Shown here in pieces: positions 23,601 through 35,492 of a stretch of 50,602 nt of DNA. Source of the stretch: Paraglomus brasilianum (lineage: Eukaryota); the NCBI GenBank assembly GCA_910592345.1, contig CAJVPI010000131.1, forward strand, positions 1 through 50,602. The letters are read 5' to 3'. A program made the translations under genes and the position numbers. Numbering within the stretch: position 1 is the stretch's first letter; every line of letters begins with the position of its first letter. Under the pieces are notes generated by a model. That model saw only the letters and a program-made list of their open reading frames with translations. It was not told where the DNA came from and did not search any database.

Positions 23601-26600
23601 ATTATATCTAATGTATACGGTATTTTGATTATTAGAAACTACTTGAGCACTTTGATTAAGAAACAATTCAACTGTATATGTGCTGTTAACGGTCATGATG
23701 CCCTTGAAATCATAAAACGTTCACCACGGTCACCAGACTTAGTTCTTAGCGGTAAGACCTTGGTGAATTGTACGAGTGTAATGACAGAAATGGAATGTTC
23801 TTGTGCTGAGTCCTTTATTTACCATTTAGACGTTATGATGCCCGGCATGAATGGCTACGAGTTGCTCACCGCATTACGTAGCGATCCAACTACACAAACT
23901 ATTCCGGTGATCCTAATATCAGCTCTATCGGGAGAGGCTAGTGTTGAAGGTAAGTGTCAACAGGAGCAGCTCATTAAATGTGTTCTTCAGTCACTACAAC
24001 TTTGACTTGAATGTATTTATGTAGGATTGGAAAAGGGTGCAGATGATTATATAGTTAAACCATTTGATGCTCATGAACTTATGGCCCGCATTCTTGTGAA
24101 CATCAAACTCTCAGACGTTCGTCGCCAACTGATCGCTGAACAGCGGCGTCAATTTGAGACTAACGAACTGTTATTTACAATAAGCAACAAAATACGTTCA
24201 GGCTTTGAAATACAAGAAACACTTGATACTGCTGTTTCAGAAGTAAAGAAGATATTATCATGTGATTGTTTGCTAATAGTCCAAAACATTGTTACAAAAG
24301 AAGGAACAAACTGCAAAGTGATGGCTGCCTCAGTGCATCCGCCAGAGGAGCTTGTTGGGCGTGTGATTAATTGTTTTGCTGATAACGAGACCTTGGTTGA
24401 TTGTAAAATACAGCCAACAGAGGAATCAGCTATTGACACTCTGTCAACAGCTGATGATGATACTTGTTTGGCCTCGGATTTGCAGTCTAACGAATTAAGT
24501 GATACTAGTGGTTTGAGTGTAAAAGTCTGTACAGACTTTGAATCGCAGATATTGCGTCGACGTGTGTCCTATATTAGTTTAGCTATTTGTTTGAAATCTT
24601 CACTGTGGGGATGGATACTTGCCTACCGACAGCCGCATTGCAAATGGACAGCGGAAGAAAAGACATTCTTTCAACAGGTCTCAAATCAGATAGGGTTAGC
24701 CATCAGTCACACCATCCTCATTGAAGAGAAATTAAAGCGAGAGGCGCAAATGGAGACTGCTAAAGAGGCCAACAAAGCAAAGAACCAAATATTAGCCAAT
24801 ACATCTCATGGTAAGAAATATCGCATTGACTTGTTATTTATTAATTGATACACTTGATTAATCTGCATCTAAACCCACAGAACTTCGCACTTCAGTTGGT
24901 GCAATCGTCGGGGCCCTCTCTGCATTCGAAGGAATAGAACTCACGTTTGAACAACGAGACATGGTCGAAGTAATGTCGCGTGCATCTGACGTTGTCTTAT
25001 CCGTAGTGAATGACATTTTGGATGCAGCCAGATTAGAACAGCAAAAACTTACATTGATAAGCCGCAGCTTTGATCTATTGGATCTCGTAGAAAAGACTGT
25101 GATAATGTTTGGCGAGCGCGCTGGTGCAAAGGATATAGAATTTATTGTCTCGTATGATCCAGAGACGTTTCCAAGATATGTAAATACGGATCCGGAGAGA
25201 CTGCAACAAGTGATAATGAATCTTTTGTCTAACGCGTAAGCAGTTTGCCGATTATTTTTGTGCTTGATGTTTTATAAGAAACCCAAGTCTTCTGACATTT
25301 CAATTCATCCAGAATCAAATTCACAGATAGTGGTGAAATTGTAGTAAAGTTGTCAATAAAAAACGACGACGATGCTGTTGCTGCTGAAGCGGACAATAAT
25401 AGTTACCTGTATGTAGAAGTATCGGACACTGGCGTCGGGTTGGTCTCATGCTTTTTTTTTCTCTTTGAAATTGAGGTAAAAAACATTGCTATTTTTATCG
25501 GTATGACTCATATTCATTCCAACCCACTTTAGCATCGATCCTGCATCTATTCAACATATTTGGGAGAGCTTTTCGCAAGGAGATGCTTCAATGACTCGTG
25601 GTCGAGATGGATCTGGCCTGGGTCTTTCGATATGCAGAAGTCTGGTTGACCTAAACGGTAGTAAATGCGGAGTTGATAGCGAACTTGGCAAAGGAAGTAA
25701 ATTCTGGTTCACTTGGAAGATTGATTATTTAACCATGTCGCCGATACCCACGACATTGTTTCCCAAAGCCGACTCGCAAGATCAGTCGAATCGTTCGGGA
25801 TTTAAAGACTTTTTATTAGCAAAGCCCATGTGTGTGTTCGTTATTGATCCTATAGAGATCGCAAGAACATCTTATGCGGCATTAATACGCGGGTGTGTTA
25901 ACAAAGTATATACGTACACAGACTGTAAAAGTGCAATTGAAGCGGCCAGAGAACTTAAAAAGTGTAACGAGCCTACATGTGAATTGGTATTTTTCAGTCT
26001 AAAAAATGATAATTCTGCGATCATTGAGGATGCGGCTAAAGAACTGAGAAATATTTGTGGAGAACAATTATCGATTGTACTAATGGTATTTTCGTCGATT
26101 GATGGATGCGCTCTTGCAAAGAGCGTGATCGAGAAAATTGGAGGAAACGTTGTTGCCATTTGTAAGCCAATATTGCAGAAGCGTATTATAGATTGTATTT
26201 CTAATTTCGATAAGTTTATGACCAAACTTGGTGAGACGAGTAATACGGAAATCGAAAATAATAGTTTGTCGATTTATAGTAGATTTTATAACCACAATCG
26301 GCCTACAGTTACGACAAAGGATACAGAGGGACCGGCCATAATTAGAGGTGTTAGACAATCTTTGAGTGACTCCAAGACTGAAGGGGTCAGCGCTGGACTT
26401 GTCCCAAAGAAGAGATCTGCTTCTAGCAAATTGAGAGATCAGTCTAACAATGAGGAAAGGGCAACGAGTAAAATTGCAAAAACGTCCAAATGTATTCTCT
26501 GCGTGGTAATAAATTTGTTCTATATTTCGACATTGTCTAGCTTTGAATTTCCATTAATCACGCAACTGTTGTTTTATGTAAATTTAGGATGATAATCCCA

Positions 26601-27162
26601 TCACTCAAAAAGTATGCTGTTGCTCAAATAATCTCTGACATTTTCACAAAAGCTTGATCTGATTTATATGTTACTCTTTAATAGCTTGTCAAATCTCTAC
26701 TAGATAAATTGGGTTATCGTTATATGGGAGCAGCAGACGGAAAGGAAGCTATTGAATTAGTGCGAGCGCAGTACGAGACGAGTGTGTCTTCTCGTTCAAA
26801 TGTGGAAATTTCATTGATTTTAATGGACTGTGCAATGGTACGTATCAGCCCTTTATAAAATTAAAGAGCACTTTTTATAATCGTTGATTATTTATTCGCG
26901 CCTTGTCGACTTGTGCTGAATCTTTTCTAAACTCTAGCCTGGTATGTCGGGTTTCGAGACAACTCGAGCAATCAGGTCCTTGGGTCCGGAGCTTCAAGAC
27001 CTCCCAATTATTGCATTGACTGCATCCGCCCTAGAAGAGACTCGCGAACAGTGCTTGCAAGCAGGCATGAATGATTATCTAAGCAAGCCACTCTTGCTAC
27101 AGAATTTGAATGACAAGCTGATTACGTGGTTGGGTGAGGCTGGTCGGTGGGGATGTAATTAA
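20624..27162 (+). CDS. Dual hybrid histidine kinase: sensor(PAS/GAF-like)-HisKA-HATPase-REC-GAF-HisKA-HATPase-pseudoREC-REC, about 19 introns
   Basis: N-terminal DWASTPLG..SWP motif; H-box 1 FFQNISHELR (~22320); G-boxes GIGIGLALVKELV; REC 1 VLLVDDNADMR / DVMMPGMNG / GADDYIVKPF; H-box 2 ILANTSHELRT (~24800-24890); RLQQVIMNLLSNA, GSGLGLSIC; final REC LILMDCAM / PIIALTASA / GMNDYLSKP. The 5' exons checked splice in frame. Confidence 0.92.
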
Positions 27163-27349
27163 CTATTTGTGGGGAATAATTGATAAGAGAAAAAGGATTG
27201 TACGCTCCTTTTTCTTTGAGCATACCGAAATGAGCACCTTTAGCGTTCAATCGTAGGTGCAACTAATAAAGGAACGCAAAACTCCAAGCACAACGAATAT
27301 GTTTATTTCTCCAGACCCAACATTACATTACTCCAAATTTTTAATAATT

Positions 27350-27645
27350 ACATCAAGTAGTTTCTGTTGCAGATGCCCTGGTGATTGCATATTGTAACAT
27401 ATCAATAGTAGGCATTACTACTATTTCCTGCATGATCTCTGAAGGCTCCATCAAGCAATGCCCGGAGGAAGATTCACCGAGCGCCATTTTTCACGGACTA
27501 ATTCTTCTGCTTTAGCCACCAGGCGTTGGCAAAATTGATAGTGGCCCCAGCAGAGCATTTTGCGAACGGTTTTTCGTGTTATCCTTCTTGTTTTTCGATT
27601 TACTATGTTCGACGCCTCAAAAGGGGAGACGATAATGGCATCGAA
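27350..27645 (-). mobile_element. Fanzor/TnpB (IS607-type, Fanzor2-like) relic: 3' part of the nuclease gene with internal deletion, plus candidate right end
   Basis: FDAIIVSPFEASNIVNRKTRRITRKTVRKMLCWGHYQFCQRLVAKAEEL, then in a shifted frame NGAR*IFLRALLDGA (the post-RuvC-III NGARxI motif). The intervening YTSKTC/zinc-finger segment is missing. Confidence 0.75.
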
Positions 27646-27659
27646 TGAGCAAAATATCG

Positions 27660-27830
27660 CAATGGTCAAAGAGTTGGGGAATAATGTCTTTAAATATGTT
27701 TATGGTATGGTTGTTGGTATTTGAATGGCGGAGCATAAAAGATGCAAATCTTACATGGAGCCTGCATGCAATCTCATGCGCAATCTCATATGGATGCATT
27801 GAATGTAGCTATTGTCTACGAAAACGGTTC
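27660..27830 (+). pseudogene. Possible Sel1-repeat fragment
   Basis: KELGNNVFKYVYGM ... AQSHMDALNVAIVYENG in broken frames resembles Sel1/SLR repeats. Confidence 0.3.
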
Positions 27831-28100
27831 TGAAGCTTTCGACTACGAATATACAACTCTCTCGGCAATACCCAGGCAAATCGTTAATTGGTCACATTTG
27901 CTGCACACGTATGATCAATATCTCACGAGTAAAATAAGTTCATACGTAGACACTAGGCAATTCCATGCAATTCGAATTTTTTTGATACGTTCCGTTGTCT
28001 TTGTAAATATATTAAAATTGATATTAATTATATTATTTTACATTAAATTCCGATTATAACATTGTAAAATACATCCTAATTTTTCTATTAATTAAAATTA

Positions 28101-29495
28101 CTACGATAATAAAACAACCATCCCCACAGAAATCAAAATGCCTAGCAACAAGTTAATCATCTGCGCAAGATGATTCTGCCCTCCACTCGTCTGCGAAAGA
28201 CCTCCACTTGTATCTCCTGAACCCTTTCTAATTCGGATAACCTCTCCAGTTGCATCGGACGATACAAACATTACTCCTTTCCTGAACACGGCGTTTACTG
28301 GACGCATGCATTTTAAGTTTGCCTTCCCTGCACATTTCGTTGCAGCATCCGTTTGTCCAAACACATCTTGAGTATCTCCAGTCGGCATCGGATTGCTCGT
28401 ATTTTGTGTGAAAGGAATGCGAATGACTTTGTAACCAGTAGGTACGTTTCTATCCCACGATCCATGGAATGCAACGAATGCGTCTCCCTTCATAGAACAA
28501 TCAAAACTTTGTGTTGCATTGCAATTATCTCCGTCATAGAACGTAATCCCAAGCGGGGCAGAATGTCCCGGAAGGGCTAACACTGGAGGACGGTTATTGG
28601 ATACGTTTGCACACCAAGCATCAGTATGTATTCCGTCGTTCATAAAATCAGGCCATGCCCACTGAGATCCTCTTCCTTTCCCCAAACCTCCTGGAATATT
28701 ATATTCCGTCCAACAAAATGGATATCCGTAAAATGTTCCATCTGGCCCATCAAAGAGATTTAATTCCTCGGCAGGATTCTCCTCATGTATGTCGCCACCA
28801 AGATCTGCGCGCGCCAAGTTATCCGCACCATTTTCTACTCCCCAAAGTCTCCCGTAAAAATCAAACGTGAGTCCTACTTCGTTCCTCAATCCATCTGCAA
28901 ACACCTTGGCTGTTAAAAAGTCGTATCCACCAGCAGGAATTGTTTGAATATCAACTACACGGATTCGCGAACGACTTGAATCGGCATCGACGTTCTGATC
29001 GGATCCTACGCTAATATACAAATTAGTATCTTTAAGAGCCAAAGTTCGTGTACGATGTCCTTGTGGTGCTCCACCATGTCCATTTGCATTCATGCTGTGT
29101 ACAATTATTTCTGGAGTTGTCATGTTGGCCACTTGCGTTCTTTGTGCAGCTTCGTATTTCCATCGATACACGGTAGTATCCGAAGATGCATAGAGATAAC
29201 CTTGATAAAAGGCCATTCCGTGAGATAAATCCAGATTGGCTTGCACAATGACAGATTGTTGAACGACTCCTGAAGCATCTTCCCATAATGCCATTATTTG
29301 CCCAGCCTTATTGTCTCTTGCAAGGACGAGAATATCACCAGCCGGGTCAACAAGTAATGTTCGTGCGCCCGCAAGACCGTTCGCATACAGTTCAGGAGTA
29401 TAGCCGTCCCAAGCAAAGCCATCTGGATACGGTACAGGGGCTACAGTGTAAAGCGTGAGGAAAAGGAGAAATAAGACAAGATCTGGCAGCATCAT
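28101..29495 (-). CDS. Secreted, probably GPI/membrane-anchored PQQ-dependent glucose/sorbosone dehydrogenase (AA12-like beta-propeller), intronless
   Basis: 464-aa ORF from ATG 29495 with signal peptide (MMLPDLVLFLLFLTLYTVA), GHRTRTL, LYISVGSDQNVD, GLRNEVG, ENPAEELN, FYGYPFCW, HSAPLG, FHGSWDR, RPV, G/S linker and hydrophobic C-terminus. Confidence 0.9.
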   Translation of the reverse strand: MMLPDLVLFLLFLTLYTVAPVPYPDGFAWDGYTPELYANGLAGARTLLVDPAGDILVLARDNKAGQIMALWEDASGVVQQSVIVQANLDLSHGMAFYQGYLYASSDTTVYRWKYEAAQRTQVANMTTPEIIVHSMNANGHGGAPQGHRTRTLALKDTNLYISVGSDQNVDADSSRSRIRVVDIQTIPAGGYDFLTAKVFADGLRNEVGLTFDFYGRLWGVENGADNLARADLGGDIHEENPAEELNLFDGPDGTFYGYPFCWTEYNIPGGLGKGRGSQWAWPDFMNDGIHTDAWCANVSNNRPPVLALPGHSAPLGITFYDGDNCNATQSFDCSMKGDAFVAFHGSWDRNVPTGYKVIRIPFTQNTSNPMPTGDTQDVFGQTDAATKCAGKANLKCMRPVNAVFRKGVMFVSSDATGEVIRIRKGSGDTSGGLSQTSGGQNHLAQMINLLLGILISVGMVVLLS

Positions 29496-32363
29496 TTTTT
29501 CCCGGTGAATCGACAATTATAGGACCTGACAAATATATGTATATACCGGCAAACCCTTGTATCATGTCGTACTGCAAAATGTCTATGATGAATGCCTTAC
29601 TTGTATTTGTTTGGCGTCAAAATACGTAATCGATATACACCATGTGTAACGAGATTCATCACGATTACCTTCTGGTCAATGCATACCCGTTCATTAGCGT
29701 TCAATGTGCTACCTATTACCGATACCAACGTAATAATCTGGTACATCATAGATAATCGCAAGACTTTGTCTGCTACTTCATGTTGCTTTCAATGTTATTG
29801 GTGAGGGAAAGGAATGCTTTCCAATTAAGTGACTGCTGCATAGATCTACCATGCAAAGCAACCAGTTGCTCCTTCAAACCAAGAGTCAGAACATGGCCGG
29901 CCTGAAAAAGTCTCAGTTCCGCCCTCACAAAAATAAATGCCGTGTGAATCTGTAACATCGTACAATGGACTTGTGATTACCTGCCAGGTTGCACAATCTG
30001 GCAAGAAAATTCCCGATGGAAATATTAATATGGGGGTTGAATATCAGTAGTGTTACAAAGATCGGGTCCCAATCTAACAAAAGGTTTTTTTGCCGATCAA
30101 TAGTAAACAGTTTAATACATGTTATAAAATGGAGCCTAAGCTCCATTATAATTAGTTTATGAAGTGTTAAAACCGTCTATTATAATTCTGGATTGTTATA
30201 TTTTGTATTATGCTTGAACGTTAAAATTAAAATCGGGGGTTTTTTTTCTGTTTGTTTGTTGAATTTGTGATTATGTGATTGGTGGTATTACCACTACTGC
30301 GATATCATATTGGTTACTTTATTAGGGAAGAAAAAGTTTGAGCAATTAATATTGTGCGATCCTTCCGTTTCATTCACAGTGTGAGTGCTATCAACTGTAC
30401 AGGATGAAACAGCAGTGTTTGGTTACTTTTATTAATTTTGTAAGAACAGACTTTTTGGTCTTGTCTGCCGTTGGGTTTTTTTGCTCGAAGACGCTTCGAA
30501 AGTAGCAATCTTTTTCCTTGTTGGCGTCAGCAATCTGGTCTTCTATATTTCATGGGCAAATTATTTTAGAAGTAAATACCTGTTGTATAAGCGAATACTT
30601 TTTTGCCTTTCTATGGTATTATATCGAAAGCTAATTTCCACATTTGTGTGCTACTCAAATACGGCGCAACTATGATATCTTCGGTAATATTCGGGTGTTA
30701 ATGGTTCTATATCTACAAGTAAATGTACCGCATTTAGTTTGGAAAATTTGCGCTGCTAGAGGACGACGCTATAGGTGTCGTAGTACGATGCAAGATAAGA
30801 TAAAAGAATACCTCCATAGTATACATTCTATTAAGAAAATTCGCTGACCTAATAAACGAACCTCCACAAATCGAAGACCTCAACTATTTAAAGAATTGTT
30901 ACCAAACAATCTTGAACCTTAACTCTTGATTCAAACACTGATAGTGCTGTTATCTATGAAACATGTTACAGCAGAGAATATGTAAACCTAAAAATTCGGT
31001 TCAACTTAAACACCAACAATAGAGGACATTGTTCAGCGATTCAAGAGCCACCCGAGTATGAGCCATTTGAAGAACCACTTCCAAATATATCTCTAATGGT
31101 ACAAAATGGTATTGCGTAATTTACATCAGAGTATTGAGTTTTTGAGGTCTTTATTAGGTACGTATCGGAGTATTGATTGTTAGTACTAATTAATTGTCAA
31201 GTAACTCAGCATACCCCCAGTAGCAATTTTGTTGACGCCCGTCGACTTTATCTTATCGAATTGGACTATGTACCTCAGAATGAGTTCACATGTTGGTAGA
31301 TACTAGCAAAATTAAAATAATCGAAAACTTCCAGTAATAATTTCGAAATAGCTTTGCCTTTTGAACAAATTCTTCGTTGATTAGTTCCATTTACAGAAAC
31401 AGACTATCTCTGAAATTGATGCAATTTTTTTGGATAAATTATTTAAATTTTAGATAGTAGCGGGGTTTGTTGTTTCTTTCGTTTGTGTGTGGGTGTGTGT
31501 GGGTGTTAGAATAAAAGCGTTCAGTAGCTTAAAACAATGGCTTAATAGCGAAGTTCGGATCCTGGACTTTTTATGTCAAACTGAGAGTAATACTCTTTAT
31601 CCATACTGTCATCATCTATTATCCAAATCATTGTTTTCTAACCAGTCGAAAGAAGAAGAAATTGAGATTTGATCAGCATCAAGTTTATTCGTTTAAAACG
31701 TTATTAGAGATGCTAATGTCATTACATCTCAATCATATTATTATTCCCTTCGGGACTGCTTTGCAATAAATCTATCTGCAATAATCGGACATATTAGAAC
31801 CACACTTACCCTTAAGCTAAATTTTTTATCCATGATTGCCAGTGAAGATCGAGCGATCCCTCATACTAAATAATTTGTGAATGAACTGAGGTGTAGAAAA
31901 AAGCAGAGTTGGCACGGTTAAAGCAGATCCTTCGGATAGCAATTCAAATTCTTCCACATCTGGTTCGGGATCAGAAGATAAGCATATATATATAACTGTG
32001 GCTGTTATACATCCGAAGCGATGTCGCAAAGTAAAAAAGAAAAATTAATTATAACCGCGAAATCACATCACGTTATAATGGGCCTCAGGGGAGCGATGTC
32101 ATGTGTTTTAAATCCGCGAATCAGAGATCAGCATAGAAGTATTTCGGAGAAATGACAGTCTCGTGGAGTGGGGTATATAGTATCCGTTGCTCTGTTACAG
32201 TGGCATGGTTATCGAGATTTTCTTCTTCCTCGTCCCCACATTATGAACACGACACTCATATGTAGAACTCAAGTTTATATGCGATCGCACGAAATTTCTA
32301 TTATTAGCGCAATGACAAATATCAAATGCTTTATTACAAAGTGACCCTATAAATGTTACAACT

Positions 32364-33565
32364 TTATTGCAAGAGAAACTGATGAATCTTGGCCAATGCT
32401 GTAAGCACTGCCCGTCTCCCATCTGGTTGTGCAAGGTCGAAACCACTCCTCAAACCATTTTGCCCAGGCCATCGTCGAATTACAACTACCTGTTTTTTTG
32501 GCAAACCCCTACCAAGTTCCTGCAAATATGCTTTAGGAATCTCTGCCTTATAAAATGTAACATAAGTTGAAATGATACGAACAGCGAATAAATTCTAATC
32601 CGTAACGTTCTCCCTTGTATTTTCATCGGCCACAGCAAGTATTTCAGCAAGTATTTGTGCTTCCCCAAAATCAGTCGATGCTTTAATGTTTTTTAAATAT
32701 TTATCCTGTTTGGAAAAGATTTTTGAGTCCAAAAAAATATGGGTCCTAAGAATCCTAACACACAAACCTCGACAATCGTCATAACAACATTTTTCTATTA
32801 TAAATTCAGCTACTGCTGTGACATTTATATCACTAACAGATAGTTTGTAGCTTTCTTTGAGTCTAGGTTTGGATGTGATGCAGACTTCAGAAGTCATTAG
32901 AGCACACAATAAAGACATTTTTTAGTATTACTCACTTAACACCCAATGGCCAATTATCGAAGTCAATAGCGCGATATAGTAGATGGGCTACTAATGAGTC
33001 GGTCTTAGATTCCTCTGTTCCTATGTCGAGGCCTGCATTTATGGCAACTTTGTGAACTTTGTGAATAAATCCTTTGGCGTGTCCATCCGAAATTCTGATC
33101 TCGCCAACATCGAAGGTAGAACTTCCGAGAATAGCACGACCGATGTCTGGGAGAGTGTATGTATCTGGAAAGTTTGTGGCTAGACAATATTTAGACTATA
33201 AGTATAGGTTCGCGAAAAGGATTGTTGACACAACTGAGTTCTTACCTCTAGCATTGGGTATGACTTCGTTTTCGTCAACAGCCGGTATGAAGGTCGCATT
33301 CAGCGCCTCCATATCTTCTCTTGCAAATTTAGAAGCTGAAGGAGGAAGATCATTTAGGCCATAGCTGGAACGGGAACTGGAACTAGAACCGCTAAGGTCT
33401 GCAAAAAACGAGTCCTGTTTGGCAAGGCGCTCAGGTTGTTGACGAGAGGCAGAAGAGCTCGCACTTTCGGTTTCAACGTTTTTTTGTTTTTTTTGAAGTT
33501 TTTTGTCCAGTCTTGTTTGAAGTTTTTTGTCTTTTTTGTTTCTGTTTCCGGCTTTTTAAAGACAT
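32364..33565 (-). pseudogene. Pseudogene of a PD-(D/E)xK-like (Crinkler-REase-like) fungal family protein
   Basis: Spliceable exons: Lys-rich start, YGLNDLPPSASKF, DSLVAHLL...DNWPL, IVE|DK motif, GEAQILAEILA, TYVTFYKAEIP...GFDLAQPDGRRAVL. Frameshifts near 33480 and 32790; in-frame TAG at 32595. Confidence 0.55.
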
Positions 33566-33777
33566 CAGTAACACAGGACAACAAAAAAAAAGCTATGTGA
33601 TAAGAAAAATTTTTCATAAAGACACGCATCGCGAGTTAATCAATCAGATTTATAGCAGTTCACACGATTACATCATGTCTATCGCGAGGGACTTTTATTG
33701 TATAAATACAAGGCAAATAAAATTAATCACGTGGAAAGATCGTCCGTTTTCCGCCTCCGAAACGGCCTCGTAGAGTC

Positions 33778-33838
33778 GGCAATTTCTGGAAATGATTTAC
33801 GGATCAGCAGCGGAATTTTGGGGGCCGCTGTGTGAGTT
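33778..33838 (+). repeat. Dispersed ~60-bp repeat, copy 2 (copy 1 at 1653-1712)
   Basis: Aligns with 1653-1712 and retains CpGs that copy 1 has lost. Confidence 0.8.
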
Positions 33839-33859
33839 TGGTTAGAGTACGTATAAAAT

Positions 33860-34227
33860 CTGATGCACCTGCTGAAGATTATTCATATATAATGCAATGT
33901 CGTGATATAAAGCCAAGATACAAAATTTTAAAAGAATTATTGGATAAATATAAAACATCATCAAAACGTATTTATCAAATTTGGAGAGGAGAAGAGGCTA
34001 ATAGAGTTCTCTGGGATCAACCTATACCTTATTCATATAATACACAAAGTGCACAAATACAGTCTAATATATCCAGCCATGAAGTGACTACCTCTGGCAA
34101 TAATTCATCTAGTATAAATGATGCAATTCACTCTGAAGTTTCATCAGATAAATCAGCAGAGATGGCACGACCAAAGATTCAAAGTTCTACTTCCTTATGT
34201 GCAGTAAAAAAAAAGTATCTCTTCTGA
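33860..34227 (+). pseudogene. Repeat-associated hypothetical protein fragment with a possible HTH
   Basis: ELLDKYKTSSKRIYQIWRG is HTH-like; the ORF follows the dispersed repeat and is cut by the Tc1 fragment. Confidence 0.3.
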
Positions 34228-34232
34228 TAAGT

Positions 34233-35492
34233 TTGGTATAAAGGTCCTAGACCAATACGGCCACTTCCTAAAAATCGGCAAAAAGTTTTTACCTGGGGTG
34301 GGTTTTGTCGTGCCGACTCCTGCGGGAGAACAGAAAGTAATCGACACTTGGAAATTAACGGAGCGTGGCGCCTCCTATTCAAGTTAAATGTCTAAAGGTA
34401 CCGTTAGTGACCTTGTCAATACCAAGGCTTTTCACTTACGGGCTTTTTCACCGTAGAATGACGCTTTATCCTAGATATAGAATCGCTCTCGAGTGTATCG
34501 GCGGTTATTATCAAGGGATTAATCCGATAATCTCCCGTTTGGGGTACAATGGTTTATCACTTAGATCGAAAAGCTAACGATTAAATATCCTAATTCGCCA
34601 CTCAGATAATTGCGGGACAAGAGGCAATTATCCTTTGTTGATATAATGGTTTCTCAGATATATCAACTAATTTAGAGAATAGGGTCAATAATATATGTTC
34701 AGAGTAAATGCGATACTCATTATTAACAATAAGATATGAATTATAAGGAATATATGGATCTTAATTCACTTAGCGAAACACGAAACATAACACACCGACT
34801 CTAGCTGAAACTCCTACTGCTTACATATCTTTTGGTCGGTCTAATTGAGCTATTTTTAGTCGCTGTTTCTAATATTCTATTACTACTCTCCAGTATACGA
34901 TTTATTTGCGTTTGCACCGGTGCTGTACAACCGTACCATAAATTCCCGTACTAGTACTGCTGCACCCTGAATCCTTTGTACCACTGTCGATTCCGCAGCT
35001 GCGCTAGTGTAACTGCTGATTGAAATGTTGCTGCGGCATCGTTGGAGGAACGCATCATGGATGCAAGGTTTTACACAGAAATTTTGGAGCCAGGTAGCCA
35101 AGGAGTTTTTAAAGGAAAACTTCCCTGAGGTTATGGACTGGCCTTCTAATAGTCCAGACCTTAATCCTATTGAAAATCTGTGGGGAATTGTTAAACATCG
35201 TGTTGAAAAACGTATGCCAAGTAATATTTCTGAGCTGGAGCAATATATGGTGGAGGAGTGGGAAAATATTCCTAATGAATTTTTGACCAACCTTATTTCG
35301 TCAATGCGTGACCGTTGTCAGCAAGTAATAGACAATAATGGGAACAAATCAATTATTAATAAAATATGTTTTTTATACTGGTAAAAACCTTGCTTTCTAG
35401 CTCTCAAACAAGCCATTCCATGTTAAAATTGAAGCAGTTTCTATGAAGTTATTGTAAAAAAAGCAGAGGCCAATTTTTTTCTTAACACACTG
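34233..35492 (+). mobile_element. 5'-truncated Tc1-like relic interrupted by a ~740-bp insertion
   Basis: WYKGPRPIRPLPKNRQKVFTWGGF (34234-34305); resumes IMDARFYTEILE at ~35054, then WPSNSPDLNPIENLW; right TIR ...TTAACACACTG|TA ends at 35492. Confidence 0.85.
34306..34825. mobile_element. Candidate LTR-like segment inside the Tc1 relic
   Basis: Non-coding insert bounded by TGT...ACA. No TSD, PBS or partner LTR found. Confidence 0.3.

Noticed and set aside
31021..31160. Possible piggyBac N-terminal remnant (QEPPEYEPF...EFFEVF)
   Set aside because: Too short; no TTAA-bounded TIRs or catalytic motifs found.
33074..33364. Plus-strand ORF, and apparent similarity of this region to 15030-15070
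   Set aside because: The minus strand carries the coherent spliced pseudogene; the short similarity looks coincidental.
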